Positions 29,017 to 38,913 of a stretch of 64,000 nucleotides of DNA are shown piece by piece; positions within the stretch are counted from its first letter, which is position 1; each line of letters starts with the position of its first letter. Below the pieces are notes generated by a model that was not told the DNA's origin, did not search any database, and saw only the letters and a program-made list of their open reading frames with translations. This DNA comes from Candidatus Omnitrophota bacterium (GTDB lineage: Bacteria > Omnitrophota > Gorgyraeia > Tantalellales > Tantalellaceae), in NCBI GenBank assembly GCA_034723315.1, contig JAYEOV010000017.1, positions 6,612 through 70,611 of the forward strand. The letters run 5' to 3'. Position numbers and translations under genes: made by a program.

Positions 29017-29202
29017 ATGGTTAGTTCAGTAATGACTGTGGATGAATTAGCTGACTATCTTAAAATGAAGATCGTCACTATCTATAAGCATGCCCAGAAG
29101 GGGAAAATACCAGGGTTTAAAGTCGGCTCAAAATGGCGGTTCAAAAAAGAGACGATTGACAGGTGGATAGCAGATAAGGAAAAAATGATGTCTCCAAACT
29201 AA
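29017..29202 (+). CDS. Excisionase-family (MerR-like HTH_17) DNA-binding protein
   Basis: MTVDELADYLKMKIVTIYKHAQKGKIPGFKVGSKWRFKKETIDRWI matches the Xis/HTH_17 pattern (L...E.A.yL.vs..tiyrl...g.iP..kvGr.wrf....l..Wl). It is the first gene of an AT-rich island. Confidence 0.6.
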   Translation: MVSSVMTVDELADYLKMKIVTIYKHAQKGKIPGFKVGSKWRFKKETIDRWIADKEKMMSPN

Positions 29203-29267
29203 ATTTATCCGCCGTGAAAATGAACAAGCTCTTTTGAAATTATTGAACTACAGGGAAGAGGAAGATC

Positions 29268-30818
29268 ATGAAAAAATTTACACTCTTAATTGATGGAAAA
29301 GACCTGGATACAGGGGATTATAGATACTTTCCGAATATTGATAAAATTATAATAGATCCCAAGAAGGCAAGAAGGGCAATATATTCTAAAAAGGAATCAT
29401 CATACAAAGATAAAAAACACGATCATATATATGGGAAATATTGTTTAAGTAAAGATGAAGATAATATAAAAGCCATTGATGCAGCTCAAGAAGCATTTAC
29501 TAAATTTAAGAAGATTTCTCTTCTATCAAAAAGGAAAATGTTTCATGATATGTATGAACTCCTGATAAAGAAAAAGGAAGAATTTATAAAGATCCTTATA
29601 GCTGAAGGTCATCCAAGAAAATTGGCAGAGTGGGAATTTGAAGGGATGCGAATGGGAAGTTCTCATGAAACAATTGATTTTTATTTTTCACAAATACGAA
29701 AAGAAATAGGAAGAAATGGATCTGAAATTGTATATTGGGCAAGGAAACCCGATGGGGTAGTATGTTTAAATCCGCCGAGAAACGCCGCGTCCAGCAACTC
29801 ATATAATGCTATTCTAGCACTTATTACCGGAAACACATTGATAATAAAGCCACCTTTAAAAACCCCGATTTCCACGATTTTCTTGTGGAAAGAAATAATA
29901 TGGGAGGCAATAAAGAAAAACGGTGCTCCCAATGGATCTGTTAATATCGTATTAGGTAATTCTCAGAAGATTTTAGAAACATGGTTAAGCTCTCCTAAGG
30001 TAAATGATATTATCTATTTTGGAAATAGCAGCAAAGGGCTCGGTGTCGGGGATAAAATATTTCTTGCGAGAAAAAAACCCATTTTAGAGCTCTCAGGTAA
30101 TGATCTATTTCTTGTTTGGAAAGATGCTGATATAGAAGGAGCTACTAATTCTCTTTTGGATTGTTTCCTAGGTTCAACTCAAATATGTATGGTTCCGAAA
30201 ATAGCTATTATTCATGAAACAATATACGAAACTTTTCTTGATGTTTTCAAGCGGAAAATTAAATCGTTAACATTTGGATTGCCTTCAGACAATGATACAA
30301 TTTTTAGCCCTGTTGCAAAAATTAAGGAGTTTTATGAATTTTTGAATGATGCCTTAGAAAAAGGAGCAAAACTGCTTTATGGTGGTGAACGTGTTAATTA
30401 TCTTGGATTGATGGATAATAATGGATCATATATTCAACCTACACTGGTGGAGATTGAAGATTCAAGTAATTTCGAAAATATGAAATGTTTTAAAGATGAA
30501 ATATTCTTTCCTCTTTTACCTTTAGTAAAAATCACAGGAAATGATGATGATATTTTTGAGAAGATCGTAAATATAGTTAATAATCATGAGTATGGGTTAA
30601 GGACGTCGTTATGGATCTCTTCTTTTAAATATTTACGCATGTTCGCTAAGAATTTAGACAATACCGGGTTGCTTAGAATAAACACAAGGCACATAGGTTT
30701 TTCTCGTTACCTTTCCACGCATGGTGGCACAAAAAAGAGTGGGGGTCCTTTTGGTGAAATGAATTATTTTTGGCAGAAGACCTCGCATCTGCAAGGCGTG
30801 GCCAGAATGGTGAGATAA
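29268..30818 (+). CDS. Divergent aldehyde dehydrogenase-superfamily protein
   Basis: 516 aa. ELSGNDLFLVWKDADIEGATNSLLDCFLGSTQICMVPKIAIIHE aligns to the ALDH ELGGKSP...GQxCxA catalytic Glu/Cys region. Very AT-rich, with an N-terminal extension of about 60 aa. Confidence 0.6.
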   Translation: MKKFTLLIDGKDLDTGDYRYFPNIDKIIIDPKKARRAIYSKKESSYKDKKHDHIYGKYCLSKDEDNIKAIDAAQEAFTKFKKISLLSKRKMFHDMYELLIKKKEEFIKILIAEGHPRKLAEWEFEGMRMGSSHETIDFYFSQIRKEIGRNGSEIVYWARKPDGVVCLNPPRNAASSNSYNAILALITGNTLIIKPPLKTPISTIFLWKEIIWEAIKKNGAPNGSVNIVLGNSQKILETWLSSPKVNDIIYFGNSSKGLGVGDKIFLARKKPILELSGNDLFLVWKDADIEGATNSLLDCFLGSTQICMVPKIAIIHETIYETFLDVFKRKIKSLTFGLPSDNDTIFSPVAKIKEFYEFLNDALEKGAKLLYGGERVNYLGLMDNNGSYIQPTLVEIEDSSNFENMKCFKDEIFFPLLPLVKITGNDDDIFEKIVNIVNNHEYGLRTSLWISSFKYLRMFAKNLDNTGLLRINTRHIGFSRYLSTHGGTKKSGGPFGEMNYFWQKTSHLQGVARMVR

Positions 30819-30839
30819 TATGTCAAAATATTCAAGGGG

Positions 30840-32138
30840 ATGAAAATAAAAGCGGATTATATTATTGTGGGTTCTGGCGCTGGTGGCGCTAGTGTTGCTC
30901 GAGAGCTGGCAAGAGCTGGGAAAAATGTATTAGTTCTTGAAAAAGGCAAATTTGCAACGAATATTGGTACCCAGGTAGGTGCTTTAAAGTTTTATGACCA
31001 CTTTGCATTAAGATCGAGTATAGAAGGATTTATAGTATATAGTGCGATCATGGGTGGCGGCAGTACAGTTATTTGTTGCGGGAATGGGATGCCTGTATTA
31101 AGTAAAGAGCTTGAGGCTTTCGGCATAGACTTATCTGAAGAATTTAAAGAGACTGAAAACGAGTTGGAGATCCGACCGTTACCGGAAGAACTCATTGGTG
31201 AGGGCTCTCAATTAATAATGAGGACAGGTAATAAAATAGGTCTTGAAATGATACCAATGCCGAAGTTTGTAGACTTCAGCAAGTGTGATTCTTGCGGCAA
31301 ATGTGTGCTTGGATGTATAAGAGGCGCAAAGTGGACAGCAGTAAAATACCTCCAGGAAATGCAGCAACACGGCGGTAGGATCTTATACGGTGTAGATGTG
31401 AAAAAGATAATTGTAAAAAAAGGAAGAGCTGTTAGTTTGATCGCCAAAAAAGGAATGAAGAAGATTATATTAGACGCAAATTACATTGTGTTGGCTGCAG
31501 GCGGCCTGGCAACTCCCGCAATATTGAAAAGAAGTGGATTAAAAGACGCCGGTAATAAATTATTTGTTGATTTTTTTAATGTGACATTTGGAACCTTGAA
31601 GGATGTGAGTGTTAATTTGTATAAAGAACCCACTATGGCTGTAGTAAGTACTAAATATTTGCAAGATAAAGGTTTTTTGGTCTCTCCATTTTTATTCCCA
31701 CCGCTCATTATGCCATGGATAATGCCTTTGTTTAAATTAGGTAAACTATTTAATTACAGGAACTTATTAGGTATTATGACTAAAATAAAGGATGATAATG
31801 AAGGAAAAGTATTATCAAATGGAAGATTTTATAAAAAGCCTACTAAAGAGGATATTATCAGGTTAAATGAGGGAGAAGAAATAGCCACGCAAATATTAAG
31901 AGAAGCTGGCGTAAAGGAAAAAGATATCTTCACTTCAAAATCCTGTGGCGCTCATCCTGGAGGAACAGCCGCAATTGGAGATGTTGTTGATAGTGATCTA
32001 ATGACAGAAATAGCGAATCTATTTGTTTGTGATGCGAGTGTATTACCTGTATCAAGCGGAGCTCCTCCAATTGTAACAATAGTTTCTCTTGGAAAAAGAC
32101 TAGGCAAATATTTATCAAGGGATCAAATGAAAAGATGA
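30840..32138 (+). CDS. Short FAD-dependent oxidoreductase, GMC-family-like
   Basis: N-terminal Rossmann motif YIIVGSGAGGASVARELARAGKNVLVLEKG and a C-terminal GMC_oxred_C-like region (CGAHPGGTAAIGDVVDSDLMTEIANLFVCDASVLPVSSGAPPIVT). Only 432 aa. Confidence 0.6.
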   Translation: MKIKADYIIVGSGAGGASVARELARAGKNVLVLEKGKFATNIGTQVGALKFYDHFALRSSIEGFIVYSAIMGGGSTVICCGNGMPVLSKELEAFGIDLSEEFKETENELEIRPLPEELIGEGSQLIMRTGNKIGLEMIPMPKFVDFSKCDSCGKCVLGCIRGAKWTAVKYLQEMQQHGGRILYGVDVKKIIVKKGRAVSLIAKKGMKKIILDANYIVLAAGGLATPAILKRSGLKDAGNKLFVDFFNVTFGTLKDVSVNLYKEPTMAVVSTKYLQDKGFLVSPFLFPPLIMPWIMPLFKLGKLFNYRNLLGIMTKIKDDNEGKVLSNGRFYKKPTKEDIIRLNEGEEIATQILREAGVKEKDIFTSKSCGAHPGGTAAIGDVVDSDLMTEIANLFVCDASVLPVSSGAPPIVTIVSLGKRLGKYLSRDQMKR

Positions 32139-34273
32139 ATTTATACGGCATTTCAAATATCTTAATTGCAATAACTAGTTCGGGTATCGCGCTATTTGTT
32201 TATGTTAAAGGCTATAGAAGTAAATTATGCAAAATATGGTCAGTTTTTGCTTTATGCGTTGCTATTTATGGATTTGGCGCCTATATGGCAGCTGGGGCAA
32301 AAAATCATGATTCTGCTTTTTTTTGGTGGCAAATTTCGTATGTCGGCGTAATAATGCTGCCTGCTTTATTTCTGCATTTTGTTTATGTTTTTCTTGATAT
32401 CAGGAAAACATTTTTAATAAAAATTGTTTATCTGGTAACACTTGTTATTTTGGCTACGGATATTTTTAATAAGCAACTATTTATTGGCAATGTAAGTTTG
32501 TTATTCAAAAATTCTGAACTATTTCAACCAGCGTGGTGGGTTTATCCTCCAGGCCCTATACATATTTTCTATACACTTTTTTTATATGCGGGGATACTTA
32601 TATATGCTCACATTAAATTAATCAGGGCCTATAAAAGATCTGAAAGATCGAAGCAGAACCAAATCAGATATTTTTTTCTTGCAACTACATTAGGTTTTAT
32701 AGGAGGAGGCACTTCTTTTTTGCCTTGTTCTGGTATAAATATCTATCCTGTTTTTAATATAACAGTACCATTGTATCCTCTAATTATGACTTACGCTATT
32801 ATTCGTCATCAGTTGATGGATATTGAAGTTATAATTAAAAAAACTATTGTCTTTGCATCATTATTTATTATTCTTTTTGGTGTTTTTGTAGGAATAACCC
32901 TTATTACTCAAGAATTGATTGCGGAAGGAAGGATTTTTGGGTTAGCGATAAGCGCTCTTATTATTATTTTTTCGGTTCGTCCGCTTGAGGATTTACTGGT
33001 AAGGGGTACCGACAAATATTTATTCCAGAAGAAATATGATTACAGGCAATTGTTGAGAACTTTTTCTGATGAGGTGCTTACAGTTCTCGATCTTGATATG
33101 CTTGTAAATCTTACGGTTAATAAACTTGTGGAGACAATGAAACTTTTCAACGCGGCTATGTTGCTTCACGATGAAAAAAATGAGGAGTACAGGATCGTGT
33201 CATCAACAGGTTTGGAAGACGTTGAGTTTAAATTAAAGGATGATGAAGAGATAATAGTATATTTGCGGAAAAACAGGCAACATATTCTGTTTGAAAGCGA
33301 GGATGGACAAATATCTTTAAGCGGTAATATTAAGAGGAAGATAAGTGGTTTACGGTCATCCATGGTCATCCCACTGTTTCATCACAAGGATATGGTGGGG
33401 ATATTGTCTCTGGGAAAGAAAAAATCAGACGAAGAGTTCACGCAGGATGATTTTGACATACTTCTGCCGCTTGCCAGAACGCTTTCCATAGCAATAGCCA
33501 ATGCCAGGCTTTTTGAGAAACTTTCTGTAGCCCAGGCACAGGCGGCACAAAGAGAAAAAATGGCCGTTATAGGGACGCTTTCGGCCGGGATCAACCACGA
33601 GATATGTAATCCCCTGGGGATAGCCAGGGGGCAATGCGAGATGTTTCTTTTAAATCTTAAAGAAGGCCTGTATGCGGGTAAGGATCCTGAAGATCTGCTC
33701 GAAAAGGCGAAACTAATAATGCAGAAGGTCATCGATGAGACTGACAGGGCCACGGTCATAACCAGAAAGCTTTCTTCGTTCGCCAAACCCGCGAAAGGAA
33801 AGCTGGAGGGCAACGTCCGGTTGAAAAAGGAAATAGAAGAAGTAGCTTCGCTTGTGGAGCACGATTTGAGGCTGGACAATATACTGATAGTCAGGGAGAT
33901 ACAGCCGGATCTGCCGTATATCGCGGCTGACCGGAAACAGGTACAGGAAATATTTTTCAATATCATAATAAATGCCGCGCAGTCGATCGTCTCCGGCGGA
34001 AAAATAACGATCCGGGCCAAAAGTGACGATAAAAAGGTCTATGTGGAGATAGAAGATACGGGTGTCGGTATCAAAAAGACCAATTTAAACCAGGTATTCA
34101 ATCCCTTTTTTACGACTAAGGACCCGGGAAAAGGTACCGGATTGGGGCTTTTTCTTGTGAAGCAGATCGTTGAAAGGAATAAAGGGCGTATCTCCGTTCA
34201 GAGCGAACAGGGAAAGGGCGCCTGTTTTCGTCTTGTGTTTAAAGCGATCGTTCCTGAAAAGGTAAAGATTTGA
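32135..34273 (+). CDS. Sensor histidine kinase with an N-terminal 7TM-type membrane domain, a GAF domain, HisKA and HATPase_c
   Basis: Seven predicted TM helices in the first ~250 aa, a GAF-like region (MVIPLFHHKDMVGILSLGKKKSDEEFTQDDFDIL), an H-box (AGINHEICNPLG), and N/G boxes (IIINAAQS; DTGVGI; GTGLGL). Confidence 0.8.
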   Translation: MNLYGISNILIAITSSGIALFVYVKGYRSKLCKIWSVFALCVAIYGFGAYMAAGAKNHDSAFFWWQISYVGVIMLPALFLHFVYVFLDIRKTFLIKIVYLVTLVILATDIFNKQLFIGNVSLLFKNSELFQPAWWVYPPGPIHIFYTLFLYAGILIYAHIKLIRAYKRSERSKQNQIRYFFLATTLGFIGGGTSFLPCSGINIYPVFNITVPLYPLIMTYAIIRHQLMDIEVIIKKTIVFASLFIILFGVFVGITLITQELIAEGRIFGLAISALIIIFSVRPLEDLLVRGTDKYLFQKKYDYRQLLRTFSDEVLTVLDLDMLVNLTVNKLVETMKLFNAAMLLHDEKNEEYRIVSSTGLEDVEFKLKDDEEIIVYLRKNRQHILFESEDGQISLSGNIKRKISGLRSSMVIPLFHHKDMVGILSLGKKKSDEEFTQDDFDILLPLARTLSIAIANARLFEKLSVAQAQAAQREKMAVIGTLSAGINHEICNPLGIARGQCEMFLLNLKEGLYAGKDPEDLLEKAKLIMQKVIDETDRATVITRKLSSFAKPAKGKLEGNVRLKKEIEEVASLVEHDLRLDNILIVREIQPDLPYIAADRKQVQEIFFNIIINAAQSIVSGGKITIRAKSDDKKVYVEIEDTGVGIKKTNLNQVFNPFFTTKDPGKGTGLGLFLVKQIVERNKGRISVQSEQGKGACFRLVFKAIVPEKVKI

Positions 34274-34287
34274 AAAGAGGTGGATTA

Positions 34288-34662
34288 ATGAAGAAACCGA
34301 ATATATTATCAATTGACGATGAGCCGAGTTTTACGGTTCTTTTAAAAGAATATTTTGAACCGAGGGGATACGATATAGATATTACGTCGGCCGGTGATAA
34401 GGGGTTAGAGCTGCTGCATGAAAAAAAATATGATGTTGTCCTGCTTGATCTGCGGATGGCAGGGCTTGACGGTGGCGAGGTTATGGCGGAGATCAACCGG
34501 TCAAACGCGGGCACAAAAATAATTTTTATAACGGCTTATAATGATTCAGGAAAGACCAGAGAACGATTGATGGGGGAAGGGGCATATGCGTTTATGGAGA
34601 AGCCGATAACAAGTCTTAAGCGCCTTGAGGAACTGGTTAATAGAGCTGTGAAGGCGGATTAA
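34288..34662 (+). CDS. Single-domain response regulator (CheY-like receiver)
   Basis: NILSIDDEPSF...DVVLLDLRMAGLDGGEV...KIIFITAYNDS (phospho-acceptor Asp in LLDLRM). Confidence 0.8.
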   Translation: MKKPNILSIDDEPSFTVLLKEYFEPRGYDIDITSAGDKGLELLHEKKYDVVLLDLRMAGLDGGEVMAEINRSNAGTKIIFITAYNDSGKTRERLMGEGAYAFMEKPITSLKRLEELVNRAVKAD

Positions 34663-34676
34663 CGGGAGGGGATAGC

Positions 34677-35051
34677 ATGTTAAGGTTGCTTATCGTTGAC
34701 GATGAGGTGGACATATGTGATTTCGTTAAGAGTTTCTTTAAGGATAGAAATTTTGAGGTTTTTACCGCTAATAACGGCAAACAGGCGGTCGACATGGTGA
34801 AATCAGAGAAGCCCGAGATTGTCCTGATGGACATAAGGATGCCTGTCATGGACGGTATGGAGGCTTTGAAGGAGATCCGCAAGCTTGACGGCGCGATTAA
34901 GGTAATAATGATCACCGCGATCGAGGATGAGAAAAAGGCGGAGGAGGCAAAGCACCATGGGGCTATTGAGTATATTACAAAACCGCTGCTGCTTGAACAG
35001 CTGGAAAGAACTGTGTTCACTATCGCGGAACAGATAAAAATGAATTCCTGA
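34677..35051 (+). CDS. Single-domain response regulator (CheY-like receiver)
   Basis: LLIVDDEVDICDF...IVLMDIRMPVMDGMEALKEIRK...KVIMITA. Confidence 0.8.
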   Translation: MLRLLIVDDEVDICDFVKSFFKDRNFEVFTANNGKQAVDMVKSEKPEIVLMDIRMPVMDGMEALKEIRKLDGAIKVIMITAIEDEKKAEEAKHHGAIEYITKPLLLEQLERTVFTIAEQIKMNS

Positions 35052-35095
35052 ATAAGGGATAGTTTCCTTGTATAGAAAAGAAAGCAGAGGAGAAT

Positions 35096-36418
35096 ATGTC
35101 ATACGATGATAACTGGTTGAGATTGCAGGACTGGATCGTTGAAAAGATGAAGAATTGCGACGGCGCTCTGATCCCCACGGGTTCGGGCAGCGTCCAGATG
35201 CGGCAGGAGCCTGAACTGGATTACCAGTATTTTCTGGAAAACGCTTCACGGACAATGATACGATTCAGGAAACCGGAACACCTTATAAGGATGATAGTGC
35301 GGGTGATCGACGAGCAGGTAAAGGTCTCCCACACGGCGATGCTGCTTTATAAAGAAGAGAGAGATTCGTTCATACTTATTGACAGTAAAGGGGGGGAAGG
35401 GGTTAAGCTCCCGATCGGGTTCATACGTATGACATTTGACAATCCGCTTATCCGCCTTTTTAACGAGCGGCATAATTTTAAGATATCGGAAATAGGCGCG
35501 ATTGAGTACAAAGAGCTTCTTGATGTCATCCAGAGGGACGAAGAAGTCAAAAAAAATAAAGACCTCGTCGAACTTATGGAACTGAGCATCAGGCAGATGG
35601 AGCTTTTAAAGGCGAATATATGTATACCGATATATTACAAAAAAGACCTGATGGGAATATTCGTGCTGGGAAAAAAACTTTCGAATATGAAATTCTCCAG
35701 ACAGGAGGTCGGGTTTTTTACGACTCTGGCTAACGATGTGGCAATGGCCATTGCAAATGCCCAGTTGATACAGGACTTGCAGGAAAAGATATTCGAGGTC
35801 CATGAGCTCTACGAAAGAGAACATCAGGTATTCATTCACACTGCTATTTCGCTGGCGGCCGCAATAGACGCCCGGGATCCTTATACCCATGGTCACACTG
35901 AGCGTGTGACAAAATACGCTCTGGCGATCGCCGAAGAGCTGGAAGACATACCCGAGGCGCAGGCTTACAGAAATTTCAGGGAAACGCTGCATATCTCGGC
36001 CCTGCTCCATGATGTCGGGAAGATCGGCGTTCCGGACAGCATACTTAAAAAGAAAGGCCAGTTGACCAGGGAGGAATACGAAATGGTCAAGGAGCATTCA
36101 TTGACCGGCGCGGCTATTCTTTATCCGATCAGGGAACTGGGGGATATCGCGAAGGAAGTGCGGGCTCATCATGAGATGTACGACGGCGGCGGGTATCCGG
36201 ATGGTTTGAAAGGGGAGGAAATACCCTTCATTGCGCGCATCATTTCGGTATCTGATACCTTTGACGCGATAACAAGCGACAGGCCTTACCGTCAGAAAAA
36301 GATGGCTGAAATCGCCGTCCAGATAATCAAGGATAATTCGGGAAGTCAGTTCGATCCTATTGTAGTGAGCGCTTTTCTTCTGGCTTACAGGAAGGGGAAG
36401 CTCGGTAATAATACGTAA
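35096..36418 (+). CDS. GAF-domain HD-GYP phosphohydrolase (putative c-di-GMP phosphodiesterase)
   Basis: HD motif (HTERVTKYALAIAEEL...LHDVGKIGVP) and the GYP motif (HHEMYDGGGYPDGLKGEEIP), preceded by a GAF-like sensor region. Confidence 0.8.
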   Translation: MSYDDNWLRLQDWIVEKMKNCDGALIPTGSGSVQMRQEPELDYQYFLENASRTMIRFRKPEHLIRMIVRVIDEQVKVSHTAMLLYKEERDSFILIDSKGGEGVKLPIGFIRMTFDNPLIRLFNERHNFKISEIGAIEYKELLDVIQRDEEVKKNKDLVELMELSIRQMELLKANICIPIYYKKDLMGIFVLGKKLSNMKFSRQEVGFFTTLANDVAMAIANAQLIQDLQEKIFEVHELYEREHQVFIHTAISLAAAIDARDPYTHGHTERVTKYALAIAEELEDIPEAQAYRNFRETLHISALLHDVGKIGVPDSILKKKGQLTREEYEMVKEHSLTGAAILYPIRELGDIAKEVRAHHEMYDGGGYPDGLKGEEIPFIARIISVSDTFDAITSDRPYRQKKMAEIAVQIIKDNSGSQFDPIVVSAFLLAYRKGKLGNNT

Positions 36419-36451
36419 GGTTGGGTTAACCGGCCCAATTTCGAATGCTCT

Positions 36452-36480
36452 ATTGACAAAAATTAATATTAGTGTAAAAT
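36452..36480 (+). promoter_or_regulatory. Candidate sigma70 promoter TTGACA-N17-TAAAAT for the metE leader
   Basis: ttgacaaaaattaatattagtgtaaaat. It predicts a 5' leader of about 225 nt before the metE ATG. Confidence 0.4.
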
Positions 36481-36663
36481 TTTAGGAAACTAATTTGAAA
36501 CAATATCTTTAACCGGATAGACAAAGGAAGTTTCCGTGAGAATCGGGACGCTGCCCAGCAACGGTGATCTTGATATGAGTTAAAAGTCAAGGAGCCCGGT
36601 CTATTGGCTATTCCGGAAAGTACCTTCTGGGGTAAGGGAAAAGATATTATGATAAGTAGTATG

Positions 36664-36688
36664 CCGACCCCAGGGGGTCGGTTTTTTT
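36664..36688 (+). terminator. Leader-embedded intrinsic terminator / attenuator hairpin (CCGACCCC..GGGGTCGG + T7) about 25 nt upstream of the metE start
   Basis: ccgaccccagggggtcggttttttt, read directly. A terminator sitting between a promoter and the start codon implies riboswitch-type or attenuation control. Confidence 0.55.
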
Positions 36689-36711
36689 ATTTGCGTAAAG
36701 GAGGAGAAAAA

Positions 36712-38913
36712 ATGAAAACATATGCATATGGCTTTCCAAGATTAGGTAAGAAAAGAGAGTTCAAATCAGCTATCGAGGATTACTGGAAAGGGAACATCAG
36801 CGAGGATAAGCTTATATCATGGATGTTCAGGCTGGAAAAGCAAAGACTTTCCGAATATAAAAAATACGTTGATTTATTCCCAAAAGGTGAGTTTACATTT
36901 TACGACAACATGTTTGATATGGCGTTAATGTTCGGCGTGTATAAGGCAAAAGGGTTGAACCGGTATTTTTCTTTTGGCAGAGGCAGGAATGCTCTTGAGA
37001 TGAAAAAGTATTTCAACACGAACTATCATTACCTCGTGCCTGTTATTAAAAAGGGGCAAAAGTTCAGGGTGGCTTGGAACAAACCACTTGTATATCATGA
37101 AAAATCTTCCCAAAAAAGAAAACCGGTTGCCATCATGGGTCCTTATACGTTTCTTAAGCTTAGCAGGGTTGAAGGGAGTTTTGATAAGACTTTCAATGAA
37201 CTTTGCGCGGCGTATAAAAAGTTGTTTGTGCAGTTTGAGAAGGCCGGAATAACTTCCGTGCACATGGAGGATCCCGCTTTTTGTCTCGACGTGACTGCTA
37301 AAGAAATAAAGGCTATTGTAAAGAATTACAAAAAGATGATTTCCCGTGATCTGGAAGTTAATCTCATAACCTATTATGATAGCGTGGATTTTCTTAAAGA
37401 ATTGTATAAGATTCCGTTCGCTGCGATCGGGCTTGATTTTGTATCCGGGGAGAGTAACATTGCCAATCTTGAGAAGACCGGCTTTCCGGAGGGGATGAAC
37501 CTGGTCTGCGGCATCGTTGACGGCCGTAATGTGGGTCGGTCCGATATAATGGCGAAGGTGCGTCTCTTGAAAAGAATAAAAAAAACCGCAAGGATCAATG
37601 ACGACAGAATATATGTCTCTAACAGCGCGCCACTCTTTCACCTGCCCATATCTCTTGATAATGAAACTAATATGAGCGCAAAACATAAAAACATTCTCAG
37701 TTTCGCTAAGGAAAGACTGTATGAACTTGGCCTTATACCCAAAGCTTATAGTGGTGATACGAAGGAAGCGGAATTATGGAGCAAAGCGGTCAAGGAAAGC
37801 CAACCTGTAAAACCGGGAAAGGTCTTCGATACGGTTTCACTTAAAGAAAGCGTTTACTCCCGAAGAAAAAAAGTTCACCAGGAGGAACTCGATCTTCCGT
37901 TCTTTCCCACCACCACGATAGGTAGTTTTCCTCAGGATAGTGAAGTGAGAAAAATGAGGCTGGATTATCGTAAAGGCAGATTATCTAAAACAAAATACAA
38001 GAGCTTCATAGGCGGTAGGATAAAAGATCTTGTGAAAAAAGAGGAAGAAATAGGACTTGATGTCCTTGTGCACGGTGAGTTCGAAAGAACGGACATGGTT
38101 GAATTCTTTGCGCAGAAACTGGATGGTTTTGTAACGACAGAAAGCGGCTGGATCATATCTTACGGAACAAGGGTCTACAGACCACCTATAGTAGTAGATA
38201 AGATCGGCAGGACAAAACCGCTTACAGCAGGGGAGATAACACATGCCGATCATTTAACGCATAAACCTGTTAAGGGTATTTTTACGGGACCGGTAACTAT
38301 ACTTGCCTGGGGTTTTTGTGTGAGGACAGATCCAATATACAAAGTAGCCTTTGAACTTGCGAAAGCGCTGAACGAAGAGGCAAAAGACCTTGTCAAGAAA
38401 GGTATAAAAATAATACAGGTGGATGAACCCGCGATAAAGGAATTTTCCCCTATAAAGAAAAGAATGAAGAAGGCATATTTTGGCTGGGCAATAAGAAGCT
38501 TTAACATGGTGACTAAGCTTCCCGAAAGGGTTCAAATCCATACTCACATGTGTTATTCGGAGTTTGCCGAGATCATTGATTGGATCCTGAAGATGAATTT
38601 CGATGTTATAACAATAGAAACAGCGAGAGAGAAGGGTAAAGTCCTTGAAACTTTTTTCAGAGCTGGATTTAAACGTGACATAGGTCCCGGGTTATGGGAT
38701 ATTCACTCAAAATATCCCGCTGAGGAAAGGACAATAAAAACAATATTAAATAAAAGCATAAAGTTTTTCGGCCCGGAACATATCTGGATGAACCCGGATT
38801 GCGGGCTGAAGACCAGGAATTGGGAAGAAACAGAATTATCGCTTGAACGCATTGTAAAAATAGCGAAACAATACAGAAAAAGGTTACTAAAGGGGTCAAG
38901 TCTTAAAATTTAA
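36712..38913 (+). CDS. metE: Cobalamin-independent methionine synthase MetE; the last 6 codons (SSLKI*) are supplied by the left terminal inverted repeat of the downstream IS element
   Basis: About 734 aa with a two-barrel architecture. The C-terminal catalytic barrel carries the Zn ligands (H...C.E...C; IHTHMCYSE, DCGLKTR). The start is the ATG at 36712 after a GGAGGAG SD. The ORF-track start at 36604 would read through the leader terminator. Confidence 0.85.
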   Translation: MKTYAYGFPRLGKKREFKSAIEDYWKGNISEDKLISWMFRLEKQRLSEYKKYVDLFPKGEFTFYDNMFDMALMFGVYKAKGLNRYFSFGRGRNALEMKKYFNTNYHYLVPVIKKGQKFRVAWNKPLVYHEKSSQKRKPVAIMGPYTFLKLSRVEGSFDKTFNELCAAYKKLFVQFEKAGITSVHMEDPAFCLDVTAKEIKAIVKNYKKMISRDLEVNLITYYDSVDFLKELYKIPFAAIGLDFVSGESNIANLEKTGFPEGMNLVCGIVDGRNVGRSDIMAKVRLLKRIKKTARINDDRIYVSNSAPLFHLPISLDNETNMSAKHKNILSFAKERLYELGLIPKAYSGDTKEAELWSKAVKESQPVKPGKVFDTVSLKESVYSRRKKVHQEELDLPFFPTTTIGSFPQDSEVRKMRLDYRKGRLSKTKYKSFIGGRIKDLVKKEEEIGLDVLVHGEFERTDMVEFFAQKLDGFVTTESGWIISYGTRVYRPPIVVDKIGRTKPLTAGEITHADHLTHKPVKGIFTGPVTILAWGFCVRTDPIYKVAFELAKALNEEAKDLVKKGIKIIQVDEPAIKEFSPIKKRMKKAYFGWAIRSFNMVTKLPERVQIHTHMCYSEFAEIIDWILKMNFDVITIETAREKGKVLETFFRAGFKRDIGPGLWDIHSKYPAEERTIKTILNKSIKFFGPEHIWMNPDCGLKTRNWEETELSLERIVKIAKQYRKRLLKGSSLKI

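Noticed and set aside
36604-36711. N-terminal extension of metE proposed by the ORF track (start 36604)
   Set aside because: It would read through the leader terminator hairpin and T-run. The ATG at 36712 has a strong GGAGGAG SD and matches the conserved MetE N-terminus (MKTYAYGFPRLG).
36480-36712. Cobalamin or SAM-I riboswitch call for the metE leader
   Set aside because: No B12 box (GCCACTG) and no recognisable SAM-I kink-turn/pseudoknot consensus could be found by eye. It is reported only as an unclassified attenuator candidate.
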